Origin: Thermoplasmata archaeon
GTDB lineage: Archaea > Thermoplasmatota > E2 > JACPAO01 > JAHFTW01
Direction of reading: 5' to 3'
Length of the DNA stretch: 64,000 bases
NCBI GenBank assembly: GCA_034667725.1
Contig: JAXDQS010000004.1
Span: forward strand, 30,973 to 94,972
Below, one piece after another: positions 8,742 through 17,165 of the stretch; position 1 is the first letter of the stretch, and each line of letters begins with the position of its first letter. A model generated the notes under the pieces. That model worked only from the letters and a program-made list of their open reading frames with translations, was not told the DNA's origin and did no database searches. The translations under genes and the position numbers were made by a program.

Positions 8742-10121
8742 ATGAACCCCAAGCTGCTCGGCCTGCTGGCCGCCACGCTCCTCCTGTCCGCCCCGGCCGC
8801 CGCCGAGCTCGGCGCCCTCGGCTCCACCGTCAAGGTCGGCGACTCCGACTACGTCCAGATGGTCAAGCGCGCCCCCATCCCCGTGCGCGCCCTTGAGATC
8901 GACACCGGCCAGACCGGCGAAGCCATGGACAACTGCATCCTGCTCATCGCCGACAGCACCGACGGCGGGGCCGTCCCCACCTACAGCTTCGGCGTCGCGC
9001 GCACCGTCCGCGTCAAGGACCATCACCTCACCTCCTGCAACGGCCAGAAGACCGGAACCCTGGTCGGCGACGCCAGCATCCTTGAGAAGAGCCGGCCCGC
9101 CATCGAGCGCGCCGTCGAAGTCCGCTACGGCGACGCCACCCCGGACGGCAAGTACGGCAAGGCCGACACGCTCTACCTCACCACCATGGTGACCCTGCCC
9201 GGCCCGCCGGTCGCCAACGCCCGCGGCCTCGCCATGACCGGCGCCACCGGAACCTGGACCCTCCGCCTCACGCCCTTCGGCACCTTCCCCGCCGGCTCCT
9301 TCGTCAAGGCCGAAGACCCCGACTTCATCCTCTACCGCAACACCGCCACCGGCCCCAGCGGCTCCTCCCCAGGCTCCGTCGCGGGCGCCACCGGCACCAC
9401 GTTCCCCGCCGCCGCCGGCGCCGACCTCACCTGGACCAACACCCCCCGCATCGCCTGCTTCGGCATGGTCGAACGCGAAGGCGGCCCCTGGTACCTCGTC
9501 CCCTCCAGCGGCGGCTGCTCCTTCACCGCCGCCACCGGCGCGTGGACCCTCCCCACCTTCGGCGCCGCCAACACCGCCCTCCCCGTCCACGCCGTCCGCC
9601 TCGGCGTCCCCAACCCCCAAGGCCAGCCCTCGGTGCAACCGACCCGCATCGAACTGCCCCCCACCGCCGACTACACCGCCGGCAAGAACCTCGGCTTCAC
9701 CGTCCGCGTCGCCAACGAAGGCACCTTCGCGGGCGCCGGCCTGCTGGTGGTCCGGCTGGACGGCGCCATCGTGGACGCCCGCATGACGCCCGTGCTGTCC
9801 CCCCAGGAAACGGGCGCCCTGAACTTCAAGGTCGAGCTGCCCGAGCACGGCGGCGAAGTGGAGCTCGCCGTCAACGAGATGGAGGTCAAGCTGGACGTCG
9901 CCGGCCCGGTCGCGGCGGCCGGAACGACCGACGACGCCCAAGCGGCCGCGCTGGAGCAACTGGAACAAAAGGTCGCCCAACTGGAAGCCAGGCTGGCGGC
10001 GCAGGAGCCTGTTGTTGAAGCTGCCACGCCCCCCTCGACGGCAAGCACGCCGGGGCTGACCCCGGTCTTGCTGCTCGTGGGCATGGCGGTGGTGGCGATG
10101 ATGCGGCGGCGCAAGGCCTAG
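8742..10121 (+). CDS. Secreted surface protein with CARDB-like domain, coiled coil and C-terminal TM/basic anchor
   Basis: Last 459 aa of track ORF 7596-10121. Signal peptide MNPKLLGLLAATLLLSAPAAA, CARDB-like NLGFTVRVANEGTFAG..., heptad AALEQLEQKVAQLEARL, end TPGLTPVLLLVGMAVVAMMRRRKA. Confidence 0.6.
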   Translation: MNPKLLGLLAATLLLSAPAAAELGALGSTVKVGDSDYVQMVKRAPIPVRALEIDTGQTGEAMDNCILLIADSTDGGAVPTYSFGVARTVRVKDHHLTSCNGQKTGTLVGDASILEKSRPAIERAVEVRYGDATPDGKYGKADTLYLTTMVTLPGPPVANARGLAMTGATGTWTLRLTPFGTFPAGSFVKAEDPDFILYRNTATGPSGSSPGSVAGATGTTFPAAAGADLTWTNTPRIACFGMVEREGGPWYLVPSSGGCSFTAATGAWTLPTFGAANTALPVHAVRLGVPNPQGQPSVQPTRIELPPTADYTAGKNLGFTVRVANEGTFAGAGLLVVRLDGAIVDARMTPVLSPQETGALNFKVELPEHGGEVELAVNEMEVKLDVAGPVAAAGTTDDAQAAALEQLEQKVAQLEARLAAQEPVVEAATPPSTASTPGLTPVLLLVGMAVVAMMRRRKA

Positions 10122-10129
10122 ACGGCAAC

Positions 10130-10206
10130 GGGGCAGGATTCGACCCTTCGCTCCCTCGGTCGCGCAGGGATGCCTCGCGGCTACGCCGCTCGGCGAATCC
10201 TGCCCC
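10130..10206 (-). repeat. tRNA-Leu-derived palindromic unit 1 (perfect 13-bp stem GGGGCAGGATTCG/CGAATCCTGCCCC)
   Basis: Arms at 10130-10142 and 10194-10206 are exact reverse complements. The arm sequence is the T-loop/T-stem/acceptor segment of the adjacent tRNA-Leu. Confidence 0.7.
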
Positions 10207-10253
10207 AGCCCGCTTCCGCCAAGGCGCCTGCTGCGCGGCGCGCTTGTGCAAGG

Positions 10254-10339
10254 TGCAGGGGGCAGGATTCGACCCTGCGCTCCCTTCGGTCGCGCAGGGA
10301 TGCCTCGCGCCTGCGGCGCTCGGCGAATCCTGCCCCTGC
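10254..10339 (-). repeat. tRNA-Leu-derived unit 2: tRNA-shaped pseudo-tRNA with intact acceptor stem and T arm but a scrambled core
   Basis: Minus strand reads GCAGGGG-CA-(52 nt)-GCAGG-GTCGAAT-CCTGC-CCCCTGC-A. 26 of 27 nt are identical to the tRNA-Leu 3' end (10378-10404). It also contains the same 13-bp palindrome as unit 1. Confidence 0.65.
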
Positions 10340-10378
10340 CCGTCGCGCCGCGGCGCCTTCGGCGGCCGCTGGGGCTAG

Positions 10379-10462
10379 TGCAGGGGGCAGGATTCGAACC
10401 TGCGAACCACGAAGGACCAGGGCCTAAACCTGGCGCCGTTGACCAAGCTTGGCAACCCCTGC
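10379..10462 (-). tRNA. tRNA-Leu (anticodon UAG), class II, no encoded CCA
   Basis: GCAGGGG acceptor, anticodon arm CCAGG-TTTAGGC-CCTGG, 13-nt variable arm, T arm GCAGG-TTCGAAT-CCTGC, discriminator A. GGTTTTCA box lies about 28 nt upstream. Confidence 0.9.
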
Positions 10463-10493
10463 TTGCGTCCGCCATGCGGGCTTGCGTGAAAAC

Positions 10494-10772
10494 CTAGCAC
10501 GCGGCCCGCCAGGCGAACCAGGCCCACGCCACCGCAGCCACGGCGGCCAACCCGAACGGCACCAGGAACGCCGGCTTCCGGGTCTTGTGGCGCACCAGGA
10601 GCATCCCGAGCAGCATCCCGGCCCAGCCGCCCAGCGCCGCCCACAAGAGCAACGCGGCCTCGCTGCGGCGGCGGGCCCTGCGCTTGGCGGCGCGCTTGTC
10701 GGCGGCCACCAGCACCAGGCCGGCGAGGTTAGCAACGCCCAGCCATGCCCACAGCCAGCCGCAAGGCTCCAT
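10494..10772 (-). CDS. DUF1294 family membrane protein
   Basis: 92 aa; ...DKRAAKRRARR..E..LLLWAALGGWAGMLLGMLLVRHKTRKPAF, typical of DUF1294. Confidence 0.75.
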   Translation of the reverse strand: MEPCGWLWAWLGVANLAGLVLVAADKRAAKRRARRRSEAALLLWAALGGWAGMLLGMLLVRHKTRKPAFLVPFGLAAVAAVAWAWFAWRAAC

Positions 10773-10822
10773 GCCACGGGGACAGGCTGGGGGTTTTTGG
10801 CGCAGCGCCCGGTCGGCGGCGT

Positions 10823-11323
10823 GTGCTGGAGCTGAAGATCGACGGCTGGCGCAAGGGCCTGCGCTTCTCGAGCGCGCACATCACGCCGGAGCACAAGAAG
10901 TGCGGGCGGCTGCATGGGCACACCTACGCCATCCACCTGCGGATGCGGGGCGCGCAGGACGAGTGGGGCATCGTGCTGGACTTCGGCGTCATCACCGACA
11001 CCCTGAAGCAGATCGGCGACGAGATCGACCACCTGGTGCTGGTGCCGACGGAGTCGAACCACTACTCGGACCTGCAGGTGACGGAGCAGGAGGTCAGGTT
11101 CCGCGTCATCGACCCCTACACCGGCGAGCCCAAGCGGTTCAGCTTCCCCCGGCAGGACTGCGCGCTGCTGCCCATCCCGAGCACGACGGCGGAGGACCTG
11201 GCGAAGTACGTGTACCGCGAGTTCATGCGGCGCACCAAGTTCACGACGGCGACCGCGTTCGTCGAGGTCGGCGTGGACGAGGGATACGGGAAGGGCGCCT
11301 GGTTCGCGGAGAAGTGGAGCTAG
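10823..11323 (+). CDS. queD: 6-carboxy-5,6,7,8-tetrahydropterin synthase (QueD / PTPS family)
   Basis: FSSAHITPEHKKCGRLHGHTY... Zn/His motif. Start set at GTG 10823 to avoid overlap with the DUF1294 gene; the track ORF begins at 10745. Confidence 0.85.
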   Translation: MLELKIDGWRKGLRFSSAHITPEHKKCGRLHGHTYAIHLRMRGAQDEWGIVLDFGVITDTLKQIGDEIDHLVLVPTESNHYSDLQVTEQEVRFRVIDPYTGEPKRFSFPRQDCALLPIPSTTAEDLAKYVYREFMRRTKFTTATAFVEVGVDEGYGKGAWFAEKWS

Positions 11324-11952
11324 CTGGGCGGGGGCAAGAACGGCACAACCGCCAGCACCATGCGGGGGTCCATGGCGCCGCATTCCACGTCGTACGCGTC
11401 CTCTTGCGGGGTCACGCGGGCCACGGGGCGGCCGCCGCACAAGACTTCGTAGGCGGCGGCGCGGCGGCGCACTTCAGCCACGACCTCGCCGCGGTGGTCC
11501 TGGACGCACAGCACGGCGGCGCCGCCGCGCACCGGGCCTTGCGGGACGCACACGGCGCCGAGGCGTTCGCCGTCGGCGGTGAACTCGTGGACGAAGACCT
11601 TGGTCCGGCCGACCCAGGCGGTGCGGCGCCAGCGTTCGCCGGCGCGGACCTCCAGCCAGGCCGTGCGGCGGCCGTGCAGCACGAACCGCAGCCAGGCCGG
11701 CCGGAGCGCGCCGCCTTCCAGGCGCGCGGCTCCGAGGCGCTTGCCGTGCGGGTCGTGCAGGGTGTAGGCGTCGGCCTCGGCCCGCAGCAGGAACCGGACG
11801 CGCGGCGGGGCGGGCCGCGGCGGCGTGGGCGCCATGCGGCGGATGGGGCCGCCGGCCTGGACGGCGTCGGGGCCGGAGGCGGCCGGGAGCACGATGCGGG
11901 GCGGGGCGCGGGAGGGGGAGGGACGGCGGACGACCGCGCCTGGCTCGGGCAT
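11320..11952 (-). CDS. Hypothetical protein, possibly LURP-one/tubby-like (DUF567) fold
   Basis: From internal Met50 of track ORF 11320-12099. Beta-rich repeats ...YTLHDPHGKRLG..., ...VQDHRGEVVAEVRR..., end YDVECGAMDPRMVLAVV. The N-terminus is P/R-rich. Weak call. Confidence 0.35.
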   Translation of the reverse strand: MPEPGAVVRRPSPSRAPPRIVLPAASGPDAVQAGGPIRRMAPTPPRPAPPRVRFLLRAEADAYTLHDPHGKRLGAARLEGGALRPAWLRFVLHGRRTAWLEVRAGERWRRTAWVGRTKVFVHEFTADGERLGAVCVPQGPVRGGAAVLCVQDHRGEVVAEVRRRAAAYEVLCGGRPVARVTPQEDAYDVECGAMDPRMVLAVVPFLPPPS

Positions 11953-12010
11953 AGGGTGGGAACCGGCGGGGTGCCCATGAAGCCCGCTTTCGCGGCAGGG
12001 TCGGGCGGGC

Positions 12011-12727
12011 GTGGGCCGCCACGGTGATAACCGACGGGCGGGTGGGCCGTCTGTGCCTAGCAAGGCGGTCGTGCTGTTGTCGGGGGGCTTGGACTCCACG
12101 ACCGCCGCGGCGTGGGCGAGGCGCGAGGGGCACGCGGTCTACGCGGTGAGCTTCGACTACGGGCAGCGGCACCGCAAGGAGCTGGAGCGCGCCAAGGCGG
12201 TCGCGAAGGCCGTGGGCGTCGTGGCGCACGTGGTGTTGCGGGTGCCGCTCGACCAGCTCGGGGGCTCGGCGCTCACGGACGCCGGCATCGAGGTGCCGGA
12301 CGCGCCCGCGGCGGGCAACATCGGCGACCAGATCCCCGTCACCTACGTGCCGGCGCGCAACACCGTGTTCTTGGCGTTGGCGCTGGCCTATGCGGAGACG
12401 GTCGGGGCGCAGCGGCTCGTCATCGGCGCCAACGCGCTCGACTACTCGGGCTACCCGGACTGCCGGCTGGAGTACCTGGAGGCGTTCGAGCGCATGGCGA
12501 ACCTGGCCACGAAGGCCGGCGTCGAGGGGGCGGCCATCACCGTCTCCGCTCCGTTGTTGCATCTCAGCAAGGCCGAGATCGTGCGCCTGGCCGTCGAGCT
12601 GGGCGCCCCTATCCACTTGACTTGGAGCTGCTACCGCGGGGGCAAGGCGCCGTGCGGGGCGTGCGAGTCGTGCGTGCTGCGGGCGCAGGGCTTCGCGGCG
12701 GCGGGTGTCGCGGACCCGGGGGCTTGA
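12011..12727 (+). CDS. queC: 7-cyano-7-deazaguanine synthase QueC
   Basis: [15 protein letters not shown]-loop, [10 protein letters not shown]-terminal [10 protein letters not shown] zinc site. GTG starts possible at 12011 or 12053. Confidence 0.9.
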   Translation: MGRHGDNRRAGGPSVPSKAVVLLSGGLDSTTAAAWARREGHAVYAVSFDYGQRHRKELERAKAVAKAVGVVAHVVLRVPLDQLGGSALTDAGIEVPDAPAAGNIGDQIPVTYVPARNTVFLALALAYAETVGAQRLVIGANALDYSGYPDCRLEYLEAFERMANLATKAGVEGAAITVSAPLLHLSKAEIVRLAVELGAPIHLTWSCYRGGKAPCGACESCVLRAQGFAAAGVADPGA

Positions 12728-12730
12728 CGG

Positions 12731-13579
12731 TTGGCCCTGGACCCGTTCCTGCACGACCTCGGCATCGTCCTGACGCTCCTGGTGCTGGAGGCGGTGCTGT
12801 CGTTCGACAACGCGGCCGTGCTGGCCGCCATCGTCCGCAAGCTTCCGCTCGGCGACCGCCGGAAGGCGTTGCTCTACGGCCTGGTGGGCGCCTACGCGCT
12901 GCGCATCACGGCGATCTTGCTGGCGTCGTTCCTGATCCGCACGCCGGCGCTCAAGGTGGTGGGCGGCCTCTACCTGCTGTTCCTGGGCGTCCGGCATTTC
13001 TACCAGCTGGCCCGACACCGCGCCGCCGGCCACAAGGAGCACAAGGTGAGCCCCGGCTGGCTGGTGCGGCTCGGCGTCCCGGCGCTGGTGGCGGTCATCA
13101 TCCAGATCGAGGTCATCGACCTGGCGTTCGCGGTGGACCAGGTGGTGGTGGCGGTCGCGTTCACCGACGAGATCCTGCTCATCGTCATCGCCAGCATGCT
13201 GGGCATCCTGTTCTTGCGCCTGGCCGCCGCCGTCGTGGCCCGCGTCATGGACTGGCTGCCCCTGCTGGAGCACATGGCCTACGTCGCCGTGACCTACGTC
13301 GGCGTGAAGCTCATCCTGCTGCACCCGTGGTTCGTCACCAACGCCCAGGTGGTCGGCCGCGACGTGGTGGGCGGCGCCTGCCGCGTCCCGTTCATCCCGG
13401 TCCAGCACCAGGTCGCGCCCGGCGGCCTGCCCGGCTGCGAGATTCCGACCCCGCTCTCGGTCACGGTGACCTTGGCCCTGTTCGGCGTCCCGATCCTCCT
13501 CAAGCTGCTGTTCGGCATCCCGCGCTCGACCCAGACGCCGCCCCCCGAGATGGTGCCGCCGCCTCCCCGGCAACCTTGA
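12731..13579 (+). CDS. TerC/DUF475 family integral membrane protein (copy 1)
   Basis: LVLEAVLSFDNAAVLA and EVIDLAFAVDQV paired motifs; TTG start. Confidence 0.8.
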   Translation: MALDPFLHDLGIVLTLLVLEAVLSFDNAAVLAAIVRKLPLGDRRKALLYGLVGAYALRITAILLASFLIRTPALKVVGGLYLLFLGVRHFYQLARHRAAGHKEHKVSPGWLVRLGVPALVAVIIQIEVIDLAFAVDQVVVAVAFTDEILLIVIASMLGILFLRLAAAVVARVMDWLPLLEHMAYVAVTYVGVKLILLHPWFVTNAQVVGRDVVGGACRVPFIPVQHQVAPGGLPGCEIPTPLSVTVTLALFGVPILLKLLFGIPRSTQTPPPEMVPPPPRQP

Positions 13580-13603
13580 AGCCGTGGGTCCGGTCGGCGC
13601 TGC

Positions 13604-14473
13604 GTGGACCTGCTGGGCGACCTCGCCATCGTGCTGACCCTGGTGCTGCTGGAGGCAGTCCTCAGCTTCGACAACGCAGCCATCCTCACCGTCCTGTCGC
13701 GCCGGCTGCATGACCTCGACGAGCGCCGCCGGGCCCTCAACATCGGCCTCCTCATCGCGTACGGGCTGCGGGTCGCCGCCATCCTGGCCGCCGTCGTGCT
13801 GGTGCAGCAGCCGCTGTTCTTGGTGCTGGGCGGCCTCTACCTCGTCGTCTTGGGCATCAAGCACTTCGTGGCGTTGGCCCGCAAGGGCGACGAGCACTTG
13901 GCGGCCGAGCACAAGCCCATCCTGGCCCGCATCGGCCTCGGCGCGTTCGCCGCCGTCGTGCTGGAGATCGGCGTCATCGACCTGGTGTTCGCGCTCGACC
14001 AGGTGGTCGCCGCCGTCGGCTTCGTCCGCGGCCACGAGCACGCCACCATCCTCATCATCATCGCCGCCAGCCTCGGCCTCCTGAGTCTCCGCCTGCTTGC
14101 CCCGTTCATCGGGCGCCTCATGGACTGGCTGCCGCTGTTGGAGCACATGGCGTTCGTCGCCGTGGCCTTCGTCGGCGGCCTGATGCTGCTGGAGCACACC
14201 TCGCTTGCCGGCGGCCTCCAGCTCGTGGCCAGCCCCGAGGCCCCCGGCGCCCCGGCCGTCCTGTTCCACATGGAGAAGACGGTCAAGATCGGCGTCACCT
14301 TGGCGCTGTTCGCGGTGCCGGTGTTCATCAAGCTGGCGTTCAAGGTGCCGCGCAGCCACCCGGGCGTCCACGCCGCCGTCGAGACGGACTTCGCGGCCAA
14401 GGCGCCGCACCGGGGCGAAGAGGTCGCCCAAGGCGACCCAAAGCACCCGGGCGAGACCCTCAAGCCTCGTTGA
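13604..14473 (+). CDS. TerC/DUF475 family integral membrane protein (copy 2)
   Basis: Collinear paralogue of 12731-13579 (LLEAVLSFDNAAIL, GVIDLVFALDQV, MDWLPLLEHMAFVAV); GTG start. Confidence 0.8.
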   Translation: MDLLGDLAIVLTLVLLEAVLSFDNAAILTVLSRRLHDLDERRRALNIGLLIAYGLRVAAILAAVVLVQQPLFLVLGGLYLVVLGIKHFVALARKGDEHLAAEHKPILARIGLGAFAAVVLEIGVIDLVFALDQVVAAVGFVRGHEHATILIIIAASLGLLSLRLLAPFIGRLMDWLPLLEHMAFVAVAFVGGLMLLEHTSLAGGLQLVASPEAPGAPAVLFHMEKTVKIGVTLALFAVPVFIKLAFKVPRSHPGVHAAVETDFAAKAPHRGEEVAQGDPKHPGETLKPR

Positions 14474-14515
14474 CCGACGCGCAAAGGCCATCTGCTGCCC
14501 CTGGTTTTTCTGGCC

Positions 14516-14836
14516 GTGGCCTACGACGAAGGGCTCGCCCAGCGCATCCGCGACCTCATGCCCGGCGCCAAGGAGAAGGCGATGTTCGGCGGCGTGGCGT
14601 GGATGGACCGCGGCAACCTGGTCGTCGGCGTCCTGGGCGAGGAGATGGTGGCCCGCGTCGGGAAGGACGACACCGAGGCGGCGCTGGCCCAGGAGGGCGT
14701 GCGGCCGTTCGCGTTCACCGGCCGCGCCATGGCCGGCTGGGTCTTGGTCGCGCCGGAGGCCATCGCCGAGGACGACGACCTGGCGCTCTGGGTCGCCCGC
14801 TGCCACCGCTTCACCGACACGCTCCCCTCGAAGTGA
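14516..14836 (+). CDS. TfoX N-terminal domain protein
   Basis: 106 aa; LAQRIRDLMP....EKAMFGGVAWMDRGNLVVGV pattern. Confidence 0.6.
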   Translation: MAYDEGLAQRIRDLMPGAKEKAMFGGVAWMDRGNLVVGVLGEEMVARVGKDDTEAALAQEGVRPFAFTGRAMAGWVLVAPEAIAEDDDLALWVARCHRFTDTLPSK

Positions 14837-14839
14837 CCC

Positions 14840-15283
14840 ATGGCCGACGAACCTCCCAAGCCCTTGCAGCGCGAACTCCTGGTGTGCCTGCTGCTGCACT
14901 TGGTGGCGATGGCGGTCGGCGCCGCCTGGACGTTCTTGGGCTGCAAGGACAACTGCGGCGAAGGCACGCGGATGTGGACGCTGATCGGCGGCGTCACCAT
15001 CTTCGCCGTCGCGGCCACCGCCGCCGCGTCCGAGCTGGCCCGCTCGCTGGCGGGCACCGGCGACGGCTGGCTGCGGTGGGCGGGGCTCTCGATGCTCACG
15101 GCCGCCCTCACGGCGGCGGCGCTCGGGTTCCTCGCCCGGCCGCCGGTGCCGATGGTGCACGCGCCGCTGGAGCGCGGGCTCGCCATCATCCTGCTGGCCG
15201 CCGCCTCCAACGCGCTGCTGTCGCTGGTGGGGGCGGGCGTCGTGCGCTGGGCGCGCAAGCGGGGCGAGCCTCAGGCGCCGTAG
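14840..15283 (+). CDS. Hypothetical membrane protein
   Basis: 147 aa, four hydrophobic helices, no recognisable motif. Confidence 0.4.
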   Translation: MADEPPKPLQRELLVCLLLHLVAMAVGAAWTFLGCKDNCGEGTRMWTLIGGVTIFAVAATAAASELARSLAGTGDGWLRWAGLSMLTAALTAAALGFLARPPVPMVHAPLERGLAIILLAAASNALLSLVGAGVVRWARKRGEPQAP

Positions 15284-16242
15284 CGCCGCAGCAGGCCGCC
15301 GTATGCGTCGACCCGGCGGTCGCGGAAGAAGGGCCAGCCGCGCCGGGCCCGCTCGATCTCCTCGAGGTCGCACTCGACCACCAGGACCTCCTCCTGCTCG
15401 CCGGCCTCGGCGGCCACGACGCCCATGGGCTTGGCGACGAACGAGTGGCCCCAGAACTGCAGGTCCTCCTCGCGGCCGACGCGGTTGACGGCGACGACGA
15501 AGCAGCCGTTGGCGACGGCGTGGGCGCGTTGGATGGTGTGCCAGGCCTGGTGCTGGGTGTCCTTGTACTCCATCTCGCCGAGCCAGGTGCCGATCGCCGT
15601 CGGGTAGAACAGGATGTCCGCGCCCTGCATCGCGGTGAGGCGGGCGGCCTCGGGATACCACTGGTCCCAGCACACGAGGACGCCGATGCGGCCGAACCTG
15701 GTGTCGAACGCCTTGAAGGGGCCGCCGGGCGCGTCGGCGTCGCCGGGCGTGAAGTAGAACTTCTCGTAGAACCGCGGGTCGTCGGGGATGTGCATCTTGC
15801 GGTAGCTGCCCAAGAGCGTGCCGTCCGCGTCGAGCACGACGGCGGTGTTGTGGTAGATGCCCCGGGCGCGTTTCTCGAACAGGCTGCCGATGATGACGAT
15901 GCCGTGCTCCTTGGCCTTGCGGGCGAGGGCTTGGGTCGTCGGGCCCGGGATGGGCTCCGCGAGGTCGAAGAACGCCGCGTCCTCCTCCTGGCAGAAATAG
16001 GGCCCGAGGAACAGCTCCTGGGTGCACACGATCTGGGCGCCCTTGCGGGCGGCGGCGTCGATGAGCTTCAGGGTGCGCGCCAGGTTGTCCTTCGGGTCCG
16101 GGCTGGCGTGGGTCTGCACGACGCCGACCGTCACGGTGTGGGTGTGCGAGGTGTGCGCCAGCGCCTCGGACGCGCCGCGGGCCCCTGCCGGCTCGGCGGC
16201 GGGCGCGTGCAGCTTGGGCTTCGGCGTCCGCTTCGCGGGCAT
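15271..16242 (-). CDS. aguB: N-carbamoylputrescine amidase (nitrilase superfamily)
   Basis: Last 323 aa of track ORF 15271-17106: IVCTQELF (Glu), YRKMHIPD (Lys), GVLVCWDQWYPEAAR (Cys), ILFYPTAIG. GTG at 16134 is a possible shorter start. Confidence 0.8.
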   Translation of the reverse strand: MPAKRTPKPKLHAPAAEPAGARGASEALAHTSHTHTVTVGVVQTHASPDPKDNLARTLKLIDAAARKGAQIVCTQELFLGPYFCQEEDAAFFDLAEPIPGPTTQALARKAKEHGIVIIGSLFEKRARGIYHNTAVVLDADGTLLGSYRKMHIPDDPRFYEKFYFTPGDADAPGGPFKAFDTRFGRIGVLVCWDQWYPEAARLTAMQGADILFYPTAIGTWLGEMEYKDTQHQAWHTIQRAHAVANGCFVVAVNRVGREEDLQFWGHSFVAKPMGVVAAEAGEQEEVLVVECDLEEIERARRGWPFFRDRRVDAYGGLLRRYGA

Positions 16243-16267
16243 CACCGCGGCCACTGGATGGCGGGCT

Positions 16268-17122
16268 TCAGGGTTTTGGTGCCTCGGCAGGGCGCGGCCC
16301 CGTCTCGATGGGACGATTGGCGGCAGGGAAGCTCCACTCCGACCACGAGCCGGGGTAGAGCGCCGGCGGCGGCAGGCCGGCCAGCTCCATCGCGAGCACG
16401 TTGTGGGTGGAGGTGACGCCCGAGCCGCAATAGACCGCCACCTTCTGGCCGGTCGCCTCGGCGAAGCGGGCCCGCAGGGCGTCGCCGCCGAGGAAGCGCT
16501 GGTCGGGCCCGACGTTGCCGGCGAACGGCACGTTGACGGCGCCCGGGATGTGGCCGGCGCGCTTGTCGACGGGCTCCACGATGCCGGCGTAGCGCTCCGG
16601 CGCGCGGGCGTCCACCAGCGTGATGCCGCCCGCCTCCAGCTCCGGCGCCTCGATGACCGGCATGTGGCCGGGCTTGCCGGCGAACGCGGCGGGCTTGCGC
16701 GGCTTCTCGTGGCCGTTGGCCAGCGGCAGCCGCAACGCCTTCCAGCGCGTGAGGCCGCCGTCGAGCACGGCGACGTTGGCGTGGCCGTAGTGGCGCAGCA
16801 GCCACCACAGGCGGCTGGCCCATTGGCCGGCGGCGTCGTCGTAGGCGACGACGAGGGTCGTGGGCGTGATGCCGTTCTGGCCGCACCAGCGCGCGAACGC
16901 GCCGGGCAGCGGCAGCGGGTGGCGGCCGCGGTGGCCGTCGCCGATGGGGCCCGACAGGTCGCGCTCGACGTGGGCGTAGTAGGCGCCGGGGACGTGGCCC
17001 TTGGCGTACTCGCGGACGCCCTTCTCCTTGTCCGCGAGGTCGAAGCGGCAGTCGACCACCAGCAGGTCCGGCCCGCCCAGGCGCTCTTGGAGGGCTTCGC
17101 ACGCAAGGAGCGGGCTGGTCAC
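16268..17122 (-). CDS. Thiosulfate/3-mercaptopyruvate sulfurtransferase (tandem rhodanese)
   Basis: Two rhodanese domains; active-site loop VYCGSGVTS; GHVPGA / GHIPGA. Confidence 0.85.
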   Translation of the reverse strand: MTSPLLACEALQERLGGPDLLVVDCRFDLADKEKGVREYAKGHVPGAYYAHVERDLSGPIGDGHRGRHPLPLPGAFARWCGQNGITPTTLVVAYDDAAGQWASRLWWLLRHYGHANVAVLDGGLTRWKALRLPLANGHEKPRKPAAFAGKPGHMPVIEAPELEAGGITLVDARAPERYAGIVEPVDKRAGHIPGAVNVPFAGNVGPDQRFLGGDALRARFAEATGQKVAVYCGSGVTSTHNVLAMELAGLPPPALYPGSWSEWSFPAANRPIETGPRPAEAPKP

Positions 17123-17165
17123 GGGTGGCCGATGGCCGCCGGGCTGAAAGGCTGTTCCGCCCTGC

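Noticed and set aside
10130-10336. The repeats as a CRISPR array
   Set aside because: There are only two units. They are long palindromes derived from the adjacent tRNA, the spacing is irregular, and no cas genes are present.
10254-10339. Unit 2 as a functional second tRNA gene (possibly intron-containing)
   Set aside because: The acceptor and T arms are intact, but I could not fold a D arm or a 7-nt anticodon loop from the 52-nt core, nor a bulge-helix-bulge intron. It is kept as a pseudo-tRNA/tRNA-like repeat only.
10379-10462. Intact integrated element or prophage bounded by the tRNA 3'-end repeats (also at 44639-44890)
   Set aside because: The repeat copies lie only about 40-250 nt from the tRNAs, enclose no genes, and no integrase or excisionase is visible nearby. 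At most they are scars.
8610-10475. N-terminal 620 aa of the 964-aa minus ORF 7581-10475
   Set aside because: Only the last 342 aa form PstS, with its own signal peptide and SD-ATG. The upstream part is G/A/R-rich, runs antisense to the surface-protein gene and passes through the tRNA-Leu locus.
11474-16027. 1517-aa minus-strand ORF
   Set aside because: Arg/Pro/Gly-rich nonsense translation. It overlaps recognisable plus-strand genes (queC, two TerC-like genes, TfoX-like) and is out of frame with aguB.
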